Assembly: GCA_002269645.1 (NCBI GenBank)
Contig: NIVC01000768.1
Coordinates: forward strand, 124,001 to 188,000
Length of the DNA: 64,000 nt
Source: Macrostomum lignano
Lineage: Eukaryota
Reading direction: 5' to 3'
Part shown: positions 38,601-56,479 of the stretch, in pieces
Layout: every line of letters begins with the position of its first letter
How positions within the stretch are numbered: position 1 is the first letter of the stretch
Translations under genes and position numbers: made by a program
The notes under the pieces: generated by a model
Databases searched by the model: none
What the model was told of the DNA's origin: nothing
The model's input: the letters and a program-made list of their open reading frames with translations, nothing else

Positions 38601-38922
38601 CGCGTTTCAGACACACCTTGGCATTATTTGCATAGGCCCAACAGCCAGACTTGGCGGCATCCTCAGTTACCATAGCAACAACTTTCTCTTCGGCATCGCA
38701 CAGGACAGCTCTAGCCCGCATTGCCTGTTGCTGGCCAGCTTCGGTGCAGTGAAAGAATCGATTTCGCGACACCTCCGAATATGCATCGTCTGTTTCTGTG
38801 ACAGCTCTGCCACTAGTAGCGCGCCTGCAGTCTCCGCTGGCAAGATCTTCAATTATGCTGGAGAAAAATGCATGACCGACCTGATTGCCGCACTGGCCAA
38901 GCTGCAGTGTTACTATTGACAT
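35602..38922 (-). CDS. TUBD1: Delta-tubulin, 4 exons, 454 aa
   Basis: Exons 38922-38578, 38094-37912, 37200-36684 and 35921-35602. Motifs MSIVTLQLGQCGNQ, GSGNNWA, GGTGSGLG and AWSMFAAKAFVHQY. Confidence 0.96.
36010..36600. repeat. ~20-bp satellite in TUBD1 intron 3 (same unit as 33220-33630)
   Basis: Unit GAGGATCTGGGAAGGTGATT. Confidence 0.95.
37310..37740. repeat. 32-bp satellite in TUBD1 intron 2
   Basis: Unit CAACCTTCCATATGACATTTCTATAGAATCAA. Confidence 0.93.
38185..38535. repeat. 27-bp satellite in TUBD1 intron 1
   Basis: Unit GAGGGTGTGCTATCCTATTCTGTATTA. Confidence 0.97.
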
Positions 38923-39526
38923 ACCGGCCTTGAAACTTCTTTGATAGACTGCAGTGTTGACAGGTATACACCAATTATATTATTTGAGTAATTTTTTTTC
39001 TATACATTATAGCTCAAGATAGCCTACTTTAAAAAATGTATTATGCTAAACATATAAATGAGTCATATCAATGACTCATAGGAATAGCATTGGGTATTTT
39101 GTCTTAATGAAACAAAAATATTGTATTATTATGAAACAACAATGTTCTTTGGCCAATGTTGGAAAATAGTTGTCTGTTCTGTGTGGCTTGTGTGCACTAA
39201 TATTGCTATTTTATTGACACGCATAGTTTCATGTACTTTAGTGTACAATGCTCACACTGCTTCTATGTATATTGGTGTTCTCAACAAAGTATATATTGGC
39301 TTGTTTACCCAGTGACTGGGTCTAAGAGTTTTCATAGCTTGCAACTAACATGACTTGGGTTATTTCATAACACTTTCTGGAATGTATATATAGTGCTAAT
39401 CCTTTTAAGTTTAAAATCTGAATTTAATTGCTTGATGTCTTAATTCAATTCTTTTTACATACATAGTTTTGGTTATATAGACAATTATCAAAACAGAGGC
39501 TAAATCAATGAGTTCTATAACTATTA

Positions 39527-40295
39527 GGAGGGCCACAGGCCACTCCGAAAGTCTTTAGCCTAACACCCTTCAAGTAGAAAAAGTTTATCAGCAGAAGAAA
39601 ATTTCTTTCGTGCGACAACCCGAAAATGAGTGTTCAACTTGAAAATCGCGACTTCCGAGCGATGATTTTTTACGACTTTATGCGCGGCTTAACGAGGCAG
39701 CAGTGCCATGAGCAGCTTGCAACCACTTTCGGGGATCAAGCTCCATCCCTGTCCCTGGCCACAGTCAAGAACTGGTACCGCGAGTTTACCAGTGGCCGGA
39801 CGAGCCTGTCCAACGAGGAGCGAAGCGGCCGACCTGTCACTGCTGTGACGCCAGAGAACGTAGAGCGGACGGAGCAGCTGCTGCTGGCAGATCGCCGAAT
39901 AACCACGGCACAGCTTCAGGAGGCTCTGGGCATTGGGGCCGGCCAGGTGCAGAGCATCCTGCACCAACACCTGCGTGTCCGGAAGCTCTGCGCCCGATGG
40001 GTGTCTCATTCACTCACAGAGCCGCAGAAGGCAGCTCGCGTACAGTGGTGCCATCAGATGCTTGCTGACTTTGATGGAGGCGCTAGTCGTGACATTCTGG
40101 ACATAGTCACAGGCGATGAGACATGGATCTACCAGTTTGATCCAGAAACAAAGCGCCAGTCAGCCGTCTGGTGCTTCGAGGGCGAGTCATCACCTTCGAA
40201 GTCACGGAGGTCGCAGAGCGCCGGCAAGAAGATGGTGGCGACTATTTTCTCGAAAAACTGGCCACCGCCACAGTGGCGCTGGAAGATCAACGGAC
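39527..40295 (+). mobile_element. 3'-truncated mariner
   Basis: The ORF from 39626 has an HTH, RSGRP, ARWV and GDETW, then breaks into the unclassified repeat. A left-TIR-like sequence lies near 39527. Confidence 0.9.
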
Positions 40296-43200
40296 AGTTT
40301 CGGCGCAGTGAAGTGTACATGCCTAACGATAAAATAAAGTTAGGGCCGCTGTACACTCCTGTGTGAGTGTGTGCCTGCGTACGTATCCGCGCACTTGTAT
40401 CCCTGCTCAGGGGAGTCGGCGGAATGGGTAGTAATGCCTCTCGCCGGTTGTGTGCCTATGTCGCTTAAAGTGCGCCAGGGTGCACACAGCCCCCTGCTTC
40501 TAATCTAATAAAAAATAGCTAGTCTCACTGAACCAAAGATTTCTGCCTTATCAGCTGAGTCATCTCTAATACTCTCTCATGTCTCATACTATAGGCCATA
40601 TAGATTACATCTTCCATCTGGACCTACTACTGCTTTTTAGCCTATCACTACTCTATACAAACAAACAATGATTTGGAGGGGTGGCATCCAAGGCTGAACC
40701 ACAAAGCCCAATGAAATGACATTTTGTTCTATTTGCTTGTATGCCTCTTGTATGAAGAAGCCAGATTGGTGGCTTTTGATGCATAGCTTATATCACAGTG
40801 TGCCCTTTGGTACAAGCAGCACACAGCTATCTACTATTGACAGACCATTTATGACAAAATATAGGACAAACATGAGGCAGACATAAGAACAGACCAAGCT
40901 TTGCTTGAGGCCTGCAGTCAGTTAAATGCCCCCCATGTGATTTAATCACTGCTATAATTTTACCATTCACAGTTTACAATTTTACCATATTTAACCATTT
41001 TTTTATAAACCTTCCATTTTAACCTTGTGAAACTAAACAAAATTAATGTCACTTTGTGCTCTTTTTACATTTTAGAGTTTGTTTCTTGTTGCAGAGTTGC
41101 AGTGATTTTTATACTTAAGCCCATATGACATTTGAAATAAATTGAACATTGTATAACTTTAGGAAAAAAATGAATGAATTTTCTTGGAAAGCACATTTGA
41201 AAAGCATCGGATAAATAGTATTGTTGCTGAATTTGCTTTTGCCAAATTTGTCCATAGGCCTAGTGAATATCTATTGCCTAATTTGCTTGTCACCAAATTG
41301 GTTAGCACCTTATTAGACATAGCCACTGTCTCTATAAGCTTTAATGTTATAGACACAGCCACTGTTTCTAGTCTAAGTGTGACAAAAAATAGAGCCATAG
41401 ATTGGGCCTTTAAGTATTAAAATGATAGTGACAACAATAATAAATGAAAAAGCCCTCAATATTAAATATTATAATGCTTTGCAAAATATTAGTTTGCCTA
41501 AACTTTGCCAAAACATCATTGGACTTGTTGCACTTAAAATATTTAGTAGAGCCTAGATCTGCATGAAATATAAAATGGTTTCTAACCTTACACTGGGCCT
41601 AATTAATGAACAAAAATAAGTATAAGCTATAACTATTGCTTTCATGGCTGCCTATAGCTTCCCACTAATTTTCAAGTATAGTAATAGTAATAACTTTGGC
41701 TCAGGCAAAAAGCCTATTTGGTCAATATAAGTCAATGCATTTAATATTTATTAAAAAGGTTAGATAATTTTAATTGATAAATGGAATAAATACGAGTCAG
41801 GGGTGTCAGAACCAGGGGGCATAGGAGACTGGAGCCCCCCCCCCACTTTTTAAGCATGATCTTGCATGTGCCCTTTTGAATTTTAAACAAGTGTTAGGTT
41901 TTTAGGCCTTGGCTTTTCTGAGTCTTGAGAGCTATAAGTATAACAAGCTAGAGCAAGAGGGCACCATTGCTATTTACACCCTAGAAATCAATGTACATAT
42001 AAGAATAAATAAAGTACAGTAAGTAAGGGTATTCACATAGCGTTGTGCTCCTCTTTCCTCAAGCAACAACCCTTCTTTCCTTTCTCTGCCCCTTTCCATC
42101 ACCGCTTGGTTATATAGGCCCCAGCCCGATCAATGAGGTCTGTGGACATATAATAGTTTATGTTGTTCTCAATCTTATTTCACTACAGTTTTTTATCTAA
42201 TGTGCCTAAGCCTAGTGCTTTAGTATTTATTTAGCCCTTTTGCTTTGGCATTTCTAATCAACATTCTCAGTCTGCCATAATCCCAAGACTTAAACCACTA
42301 TTGTTGCTACAATCAACATCTCTAAAATGCTATCAGCTAAAAGATTAAAAAGACAGCACCAAGAGGAACTCAAGGAGGCAGGCAAAAGATCAAAAAATTA
42401 AATGATTAGTACTGGTAAGTACATGTACAATTTTAGTTTTTTAAAGTGAAACGAAAAAATTATATGGGTTTTTTCCCATATTATCGTTTCCTTCTGCCAA
42501 CAGTTCAGGAAGACAACAAACAATGGACCTGATGGTAACTTTCTCTGTGTGATCTCTAGAGTCACATTCTCAAACTTCAGGCGAGGATCTTTCCTCTTCA
42601 ATCAGTATATTTTATAAGCTAGCACACTGTACGCAAGCAACGAGGAATAGGAGCAGTAGGGAGAGAGAGAGTGGAATTTCGAGGCCCAATAGGCAGTGTC
42701 GGTCAGAGGTTGTGCATGCATCACGCGAGGGTCGCATGGCTGGGCTTCTTGCTCGCCGATCATCAGGACTATTTTTAGGCATGCAGATCTTGTGCATCTG
42801 GGGAGTTGCTGCCAGGGCTGGATGCTTGTTCACGCATCACGCGTGTGTCGGCTGATTTCTCCCATCCTCTTGCTAACGGCGCCTTCGTTTCACTTCAAAA
42901 GTATATTTGTAATATATTATAGTACACTACTAGCACAAAAACATTCATTGATAGACCAGTTGTCATGCAATCTAGGCTTGTTTTTTAGTGTTTAAATGAC
43001 AGCATTTAATTTTAGGTCAAATTCTACTGAAGCCAGATGGTGCCACAAATATGAGTGGAAGGATGCACTGCCACTTGTATTAGACAAGAATAGCCATTTG
43101 CCTTAAACATTCACTGCAAAAATCATTGCCTACAACTGACACTATAGAAGTGCACTAGGGAGTCTAGTGTTGTTAGTGCCACTTTAAGTGCAGTTTAAGA

Positions 43201-46026
43201 GATGGCCATGTTCCTTAAGGCCTTTCCAAAGTGCTCCATTTGTTCTTTTTATCTCTTAAAAAATTGTTTTATGCAAATAAAAAATAGATTAGATTCTGAA
43301 GATGACCCTTGATAGACTAAAATGCATTAGAATAAGTTAATTTATATTGATTTTCACTTTTATATTCATCTTCAAAAGGGAACAGCATCAATTCCCGCTG
43401 TTCCGGAATGTTGTTGCTTTACTTCACAACTACTTGCTGGTACCCATGATATCCTTTATAGCTGTAAGGTCATTTTTTACACAATGACATGAAGAGTTAT
43501 ATACTCAATGCTCTTAGTACTAAGTCTAATGATCTTGCATGTGCACAAGAAGCACACTGACAACTTAGACTTACAACAAGTTGCATAGGGGGCCTATGAA
43601 TTTGTGAGCTGTTCCAGTTGTTGGCTAAATTTTTTCGGGAAATTTTAATGTTATACCATTCTTGCACAATCTAGTATTGTATTTACTCAGCTATATTAGC
43701 ATTAACAAGATTTTTACTGACTCGAGTAAGCTATTAGCACTGCATCTTCTGTCTTTGTTTTATTTTCATGGGATGGAAGTGACCTAAATAACAGCTAATG
43801 TTTATATTTAAAAATTAGACCTAGCTATTCTGTTTTCTATTAATAAACTTATATTAAAAATATAAAATACATATTAAAACATTTACTTTGAATGAACAAA
43901 GGGTTATATTAATGCTTGGGCACAACCTTGGGATTTACTTGGCAATTTCTATTGGCAACACACAAATGTAAGTTGCTATTAGATGGAATAATAGTCACGA
44001 GACTACTCTTAGCCAATAGTGACTTACATAGGCCTATATGTTGAATGTTGCCAATAGAAATGGCCTAGTGAATCCTAAGGTTGCACACATATGGTTGTAT
44101 TGTATATGCAGGTTGCAGGGGTGTTTGAAAGCAAATTTTAGTAATTTATTTGTAAAAGTTTCCCAGGGCCAGGGGAAGAAAATGTATATATCATATATTA
44201 AATGTATACAACTGATTATCACCTTGCAGATATTTCTTACCCAAATGTAGCAATGTGTTATGGTTTTCCTTCCACATTTGTCTTGCAACTTTCATTCATT
44301 TGGGATATTTACTAAATAAATTGATAGTGCAGTATAGCCTATAGTTGCACAATGTTTGAATCAGTTGAAAATTAGAGCATTTTTAGACTTTTGGTCACTA
44401 GGCCTACCAACACAGAATTGAATATTGGCTTAGTTGTCAAAATGTCGCAAACTGACATAATAGCAGGAGTTAGGGTTAGGGTGCCCTTAGATTACAAAAA
44501 TGTATTTGCAATGTGCCCTCCTACCATGGCAATAACCCCTCCACTTTGAAATATGTTTGACACCGCTAGCTAGTTCGAGTTAGGCCTATGATATTTATAT
44601 TAAATATGGTATCTGAAAGAGGTGGCCTATCTAGAATTTTTTTACAATATTTTTGAACAAACTATAATGAAATGACTAACAACAGAACAACAAGAAACAG
44701 TGGCAGTGCAGGGGGGCGCCGGGGCGGGGGGGGGGCTGTAGCCCCTGGATGACCATCAATGAAGGAATCTAGCATGCTGACGAGTGCGTCAATGGCTGAA
44801 ACACGAGTGCGCGTAGCGCACGAGGGTTTTTGCCATAGACGCACAAGTCAAAGTGCTTGATTCCTATTCTTATTTGATCCAACATGTGTGGCTAAAGTAG
44901 ACAAGGGTGGAGCTGGTTGTGTGGAGTTAGACTTGAACCATAGACAAAATATGCGCGAGCTAGTCTGAACATTCTTGCACGATGGAAAGAAGATTATGCT
45001 TGTAGTCTATGGCTGTTATGCTAAATATAGAAACATCGCGCATTACATTCTTGCACGATTGACATTCCTGCACGGAGTGCACATGCAAATTCAAGGTGCT
45101 TTTACCATAGACACTTGCATTTTTGCACGCATATGGCGACTTCCAAAGCATTCTTGCACGCTGGATCAAATAAGAATGGTTTCCAATTTCCATGCATTTC
45201 GGTGCCCGTGCTTTTCGGTGCCCGGCATTTCGGTGCCCCAGATTGCTTTTCGGAGCCCCAGTTTATGATGCCATAATGATGATAATAAAAAATAAATCCC
45301 ATAACAAATATAATAAATAATTTACAAAACGTTCAATATTCCTAATAGAAGCAGCATTCATTTTGTTAAACTGGCACGTTTCTTAAATTTAAAAAATCCC
45401 GCCCAATTTAATTCCGATGCATTTTGCTGTACGTAGATCATGTATACTACAATAAGCTGGCTGCACTCAGCAAGCGTGCTAGTGCTATGAAGACTTAGTT
45501 GGGTAAAGTTGAAATCCATCAACGATTCTACATGTTTCGAAATTATGAAATGTGACAAGTCTACATGTATTTTAGTTTTTACTTAGTATTGATTTTTTGA
45601 ATCACACGATAGATACGATCATGTTTAATTACATGAAACTGCCTAGGAAATGAAGCGAGTAATATTTAATGAGCTGAAATCTTTTGGGGCATAACTATTG
45701 GACCAAAATCTATAAGATTTTATTGCAAGCGCATTTGGGACATTAGTTTAAAATTTTGACGCGGCTGAGACGCGGCTAGCGACATGGAAGTTCTTTGAAA
45801 AATACTTTCTGCCTTGCGTTTATTATTTAAATTTAATAATGGAATAATTCATTTACCCGCCACCATATTTTTAGGGTAGGCCCTATTAAGGCCTAAATAT
45901 TACAAATAAATTAAATATGATCAGGTTATCTACCATTTTACTGATTTGTTGTAATGTTGAGATTGATAAAGTATTGAGTATACAAGGTCCCAGTTATTAA
46001 AATATTTTGTCGCCTTGCCTTGTGAT

Positions 46027-46861
46027 TAGGGATTCCAATCCCGGGATCCCAGGATCCCAGGATTGGGGCCAAAAATTTGGATTTGAATCCTGGGATTTTT
46101 TGGGAATCAAATCCTAGGATTTTTAATCCTGGGATTGCAAAAGTCTGGGATTGGGATCCCGGGATTTCAAGGCCTTAATCCTGGGATTGGTCCGGGATTA
46201 GAACAACCTTTCAATGCCTAAATTAGATAATTTAAAGTCTAAACGTTTATTTGAATAATAAAATATTTATTTGTTTTTGCTGTTTCTCAATGAAATGTTA
46301 AACATTTGCAAAGCTCCTGTCCTAATTGAGCTAAAAATTGTTAATGTGAACTGTAAATGATAGATAATTTTAACTTTTTTATTTTCCACCACGAGACGAG
46401 ACTAAGGGCCTTTTCATAGTGCTTGTTCTGGTTCCAGAACAAGAACCAATTTGTGAAGTATAACTTTTTGTCTCCATAACTAGAGGGAGATACATGCTAT
46501 AAAGTTTTTATTATTGAATGACAATCGCCAAAAAGAAAGTGAAAAATTGTGCAAAGTGAGGCTGTTAAGGCAGTCAAATATTAACAGAGTTTAATAGTTA
46601 TACTGCTGTTTTTCTTGGAATTCCGAATTGATTCTGGTTCTGGAATTGGTAATATAAAAAGGCCCTAAGACTCTGAGAGTCCCGAGACCATGACTACTGC
46701 ATGTGGCACGCCGCACAGTCCGTCTTAGAGATTCCAATCCCGGGATCCCAGGATTGGGGCCAAAAATCCGGGATTTGAATCCTGGGATTTTTTTGGGAAT
46801 CAAATCCTGGGATTTTTTTGAGAATCAAATCCCGGGATTTTTAATTCCGGGATTGCAAAAG
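46027..46861. mobile_element. Second, eroded copy of the composite hAT element (no right TIR)
   Basis: Colinear with 8248-~9055, including the nested MITE (about 46385-46645) and the internal second left end. Confidence 0.93.
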
Positions 46862-48249
46862 TATAGCAAGGTCCCAAAGCATAGCACCCATCTTTGTTTG
46901 GCCATATCCCAAGCTATCAAAACAATAAAATTAGGCCTATTAACTTTTAACTTTTAAGCACTTTTTCTGTCTCTAAAGCAGGGCAAAAAAAGAAATGAAG
47001 GGCCTTGGCCACAAGTTAAACTGCATTTACTAGCATAGCAAACAGGTTAGCTAAAATATCTGTGATAAATTAATGGCTAAGATTGTCTATCGGCAAGATA
47101 ATGGTAGACAAAGGGAGTTGGCTTACTGAAAAGTACAAGGCTGAGTTGCAAAATAGAAAGTACAAAATTTTGAAAGATGATAATCTAATATGTGTTATTT
47201 AACATGGCATTGATGCTTATTGGAAGTGTCTATAGCCCTAAGGGACATGCATGCGCAACCTCCAAAATTTGGTTGGCCATGCGACTTAGTTTTATCAAAA
47301 ATGCAACTTACATGTAAAAAAAACCCCTAAAGCAAAATTAACGCAGCTTTGGGTAATTGGCAGGAGTAACTATGACTGTCTTATTAAGTCAAAATGCATC
47401 ATCAGCTACTTAGTACTACTACTTGGGTATTTTTTCAGGTGGGAATTTTTGCGACTTCCTTGGTTGGCCACCAGATTGGCCAACTCGGCCAACTTTTACA
47501 CATGTATGCTAAGGGATGTTGGTTAGAAGGAGGGAAGTCTAAGCACTGGGACTTATGTTCTTATTGCTAATTAGTTCTTACTAAGACCATTAATCAACCA
47601 TTTAGTCTATGCTAGAAGGCCACCCTCAAACTGTTAGGAATTGTTGGGAATAAAGATAGAAAAGGTGCTTAAAAAACAAAGTTGTTACTTTTACTATTTT
47701 AATAGCTTGAAGACTAGGTCCAAACATGCTAAAATCAGCTTCTAAAGTGGAGAAAATGCAAAAAAAACATTGAAAAATAGTTTAACAAACAATTCAAGAA
47801 TGCCAAACAAAACATTCTTGGCTATCCCGCAGAATCATTTGTTAAACTCACTATATGCATGTTTTTTAGCTATTGACTTAAAACTTGCCAAAAATAAATA
47901 TTTTCATTAGTTCATTCAATTTAACAAATTTTATTGCTAGGGGCCTAGTAATAATTGTATTGTGTTTACATTTATAAGTAAATTTTGGTAGCTAAGTATT
48001 TATTAAATGAAATAAAAGTAATTAATAAACAATAAAACTATTTGGCTGAGAATTTTGAATATTAAGACTTTGAATTACACTTTTCTAGTTTTCTATATTT
48101 GCCTTTTCATTTTGTAAGTAGAGCATAAACCATGCATTTATATATGTGCACATGTGACTACACATATGTGCTAATATACCTATAAGCATCTCTATGCATG
48201 TCATGCGCATATTTGCCTATATTTATGCCTACCAAACTTCTTAGGCATA

Positions 48250-49100
48250 CCAGATTGTGTCCACAAAATAAAGACTTATTCCAATAGGTTGGGCATAAGG
48301 GCACCTTAGTGTTGTATAATAGACAGTTCACATATTCATAGGTTTGGGCCTAACCTCCCTAAATGGGCCTTGCAAGGTGAGTAGCAAAATGTCCTAAACA
48401 GGTTGGGAGCAGTAGCCCTTAGCCTAAATCACATGGCTTGCCAATTGAAGTTGCCATTGGCAAAGGATGGTAGATAGGTGTTGCAGCTTGGCTCAATTGT
48501 ATAGGGTCTTAGTCTAAACACTTGTTAGCTCAAAAGTTTGCATAGAGCCACCCTAAGTGGGCCAAGTCTAGCTGCCACTCTAGCGTAGCCATTAGTGTCC
48601 ATATCTTGGCATTGTATAGCAGGATGGTTTCAACCACTACCTGCTACAGCTGAGCCCTCTGGTAATCAGGCAACACTTTAGACTAGAGGATGGCTTAGAT
48701 CAAATGGAAGGCCATCTAGGCAAGTCTTCTGCACCGCTGGAGGTCCTCTTCCACATGGGGCACTAGACCACCAAGGTAGGTGAAATGCTGGCAGTGAGAA
48801 AGCTTGTTTGTCTACTTGTCTGCATTGTGGTATATCAGGTCTACTAAGATGTTGGCTAACATAGTCAGCACCTTAGTCTTCAGCATATTAAAAACTAGAC
48901 TAATGCTCAATGCCACCTTGACCAGCTTATCAATCTGGCATAGTGGCACTAGGTGCTTTCAATGGACAAGGACAAGAGGGCGAGGTTATCAGTACAGCCA
49001 AGCATGCTCAGACACTTTTTCTATGGTGGTGACCAATGCATCTGCACAGCAGGAAGCCATTGTCAGCTGATGGGACAACTAATGGGACCGGGATAGGGTT
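48250..49100 (-). pseudogene. Decayed RTE reverse transcriptase 3' fragment
   Basis: LGCTDNLAL (from YADD), FTYLGGLVP, ETILLYNAKIWTL and QLQLASHVI*AKGYC; many TAG stops. Confidence 0.85.
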
Positions 49101-50306
49101 GGAATGACTCTCAATTAAGAAATTGATATTAAATACTAAAAAAGGTATAAAATGTATATGTCTAATATTAATATTGCTTATTTGTAGTTACTTTTTGCCT
49201 TATCTAAGTGTAGTGGATATAGTTGGTACAGGTATTTAGAAAGAGACTTGGCTTTACAACTTGCCTAAAAACAAAATAAAATTTATAAATAATATTTGTA
49301 AAAAAAAGTCAGAAAGCATTTAAAATTTTGTGAAATCTTTGGTCTCAAAGTTTTTTATGCAAATTGGTATAAATAGCACCCAAGACTTTAAATTTTCACC
49401 TTGAAATTTGAGCCATGGTGCAATTTTTCATCCTAAAATTTGATCTAGACTTTTGTGCATGCAATTCAGATTTTATTAGATTTAACTAATATCTAATGAT
49501 GTTAAATTATTAAAGCAAAACGAGACATGTCTTGTGAGCCACAAAAAATACAATAGTATAGTTGTCATATATTATGACTCATTATTTTGCTTCTTAAATT
49601 ATTTTGCTAGCCACACCCTGCTTTTAAAATTTTGCGCCTTGAATTGAAATTGGACCCTAGGTACAAGATTGCTCCTAATATCCAGACAAAAAACCCAGTT
49701 TGGTCTGGTAAATAGATAGCAGGTAGGCAAATATGATTTTTATGAAATTTTAAATGATTTTTCTAAGATATTGTGCTTATTTGTTTACCTGTATTAACTA
49801 GTAATTCTAGGTCTAAATCTCTATTATATTTAAAGTGGATAAAGTTATTAATATTATTCTTTATACTGGGTAGTTTGATTTTGTTTCTATATAAGAAAAT
49901 AGGCCTTAAAGGCCTTAGTCTACTTTATATGTATGATATAAAAACAAAGATCTTACTGATTATAACAAGAGAAAATTAAAAAATTCCTCTTGTTAAAGCT
50001 GACTAACTGAAAATTTTAGTCAGTTAAACCTTTTGCTTTGCTATCCATTTTTTTCAAAGACTATTTAAAATTATTTGCATAATCTTTGAAGCTTTATAAT
50101 AAGCCTTATTTATTAGCATTTTTATCTTTTAATATTTGAATTTTGGTGTTTAGGATAACAAAATTGTTATCAAATAAAAATAATTATTGTGATTTTTAAT
50201 GGTAGCTTGAGAAAAAAGAATAATCAGTTAAATGTGTCTTATATATAATTATTGCATTTTAATTTCCAATTCATGCTAAAGCTCTTATATAGTTTGAAAT
50301 TCTCAA

Positions 50307-54178
<3,872 letters not shown>

Positions 54179-54239
54179 ACAGCCTTCGGATCGGTTGGGT
54201 GACTGGGGCCGATACTGAACTACAGACAGGGGTAGGACG

Positions 54240-54650
54240 GGATCTCGACAAATATTGGGATCTAGATCCCAATGCGATTATCCCAATGTCCCAGGATTCC
54301 GACAAATATTGGGATCTTGATTCCGATCTCAAAATCTCGGGATCCCGACACATATTGGGATCTTGATCTCCCGATGTGGTAATCCCAAAATCTCGGTATC
54401 CTGACAGATATTGGGATCTTGATCCCGATGCGATTATCCCAATGTCCCAGGATTTCGGCAAATATTGGGATCTTGATCCCAATGCGTTTATCCCAATGTC
54501 CCAGGATTCCGACAAATATTGGGATCTTGATCTCATGATGTGGTTATCCCAAAATCTCGGGATCCTGACAAATATTGGGATCTGGATCCCAATGCGATTA
54601 TACACAAATCCCAGGATCCCGACAAATATCAGGATGTGGACTCCTGCCGA
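54240..54650. repeat. Degenerate GGGAT/ATCCC-rich tandem repeat
   Basis: Recurring GACAAATATTGGGATCTTGATCCC. Confidence 0.85.
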
Positions 54651-55404
54651 TCCAGAATTTTTTATCCCCACCAATCTATATTTATCCAACCCAATTTAAT
54701 AATTTTTCTAACTGCTGGTGTTGTAGATCAAGCTTGATATTCTCGTGATTTGGAGTTGGACGAGTCTGTAATATTTAAATCGACATATATGTCTAGAATA
54801 AGCTACTTTCGATTCAGTAGTATTTAGAATTTTCCTATATACAAAAAAACATGATTTCTGGCAGTGTACATCTGGTGCCCCCGTTGACTGTAATGTAAAT
54901 CGACAATGAGTTCATTGATAGCGAATATGCAATCCGAGCGTACTAATTAGCAGGTAGGAAAGATTTATATTTACCGATAGAAATTTATTCAGAAATATGA
55001 AAAATTCAAAATCTTTTTCCTCTTGCTGTTGTTCTGCTGTCATTGCGTGTTATATATTTATTAGATAGACAGCAAATTTGTAATCTTATTAATTCTGATC
55101 TGCTTTTCTAAAAAGATGCATTCCATTAGTTTATTTGATTTATGTTAGCGGAATCGTGCTACCATTTCATTCTGACAGTAGCTTATTTGTTTTCAGTTTA
55201 TATGCATCCCATATATGGAGATAATATTCGGTTACAGAAATTCTACAAATTTATTCACCCTTCTGTTCGTGACTTGCATCGCTGATTGCGATTGTTTTTA
55301 TTGATCTTTTTGGCTGCCATTCGAATTGACTGCTTGCTACTTTGCACCTATTTTGAATAACTTCACGACAAAACAATTCTTAGCATAGTGCGTTCACTTG
55401 TGCT

Positions 55405-55875
55405 TCAGATCCTCAGTTGCTGGGCCAGCTTTCCAGATCCTCAGTTGCTGGACCAGCTTTCCAGATCCTCAGTTGCTGGGCCAGCCTCCCAGATCCTCAG
55501 TTGCTGGACCAGCCTCCCAGATCCTCAGTTGCTGGGCCAGCCTCCCAGATCCTCAGTTGCTGGGCCAGCCTCCCAGATCCACAGTTGCTGGACCAGCTTC
55601 CCAGACCCTCAGTTGCTGGGCCAGCCTCCCAGACCCTCAGTTGCTGGGCCAGCCTCCCAGATCCACAGTTGCTGGACCAGCTTCCCAGACCCTCAGTTGC
55701 TGGGCCAGCCTCCCAGACCCTCAGTTGCTGGGCCAGCCTTCCAGATCCTCAGTTGCTGGGCCAGCCTCCCAGACCCTCAGTTGCTGGACCAGCCTCCCAG
55801 ATCCACAGTTGCTGGACCAGCTTCCCAGATCCTCAGTTGCTGGACCAGCCTCCCAGACCCTCAGTTGCTGGGCCA
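55405..55875. repeat. 28-bp satellite
   Basis: Unit CCCAGATCCTCAGTTGCTGGGCCAGCCT. Confidence 0.97.
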
Positions 55876-56479
55876 CTGCCCTCTCAGAGGAAACCAGATG
55901 CACAGAACGTCAGCAGGCTGCATTAAAATCTTGTTTCTATTGCTATCGTACAAGCAGGAAATTTCCTTGCCTAGAATTTCTTCATTTAGTAGTACGGTTA
56001 ATTATCCCTGTCAGCTCGGTGCAATACTGTGTGCCGTGAATATTGCTCTGCTGTCTAAATTCTTATTGCTGCTACCTGGATTACAAGTAAAATATTAGCG
56101 TTTTCCCGCATCTGTTTTAGTCGGAATTGTATCGAAATTTCTTGTTTTTAATTCATTCTGTTTTTAGCTCCGCGATAAAGATGCTGTGCGCACTTGTGCC
56201 AATCTATTATTTAGCTATAATGTGTCCTCTATCCGACAAATATAATGCACTATGCTGTTGCGCTTTAATAGTCAAAATATTTACGCTCGTACTAGTTCAC
56301 TTTTTGCGTTACTCTTTGCTTTACTTTCCCACGATTTTAAGGAGTTTCTAAAAATCGCCCTGTACCTTAATTTTTAAAAACAATTTTTTTACTGTTCCAC
56401 AAAATCGTGCTGTACCTTTCGTTAGAATCGTTCTGTACATTTAATAAAAATCGCCTTTTATCTTTCCTGAAAAATGTCC

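Noticed and set aside
40400-40470. HDV-like ribozyme in the unclassified repeat (GCCTCTCGCCGGT)
   Set aside because: The L3 register is wrong and no consistent P1/P2 was found across copies.
41797-44570. Possible decayed hAT bounded by (C/T)AG(G/C)GGTGTCA-like ends
   Set aside because: Weak TIR match, no TSD and no recognisable transposase.
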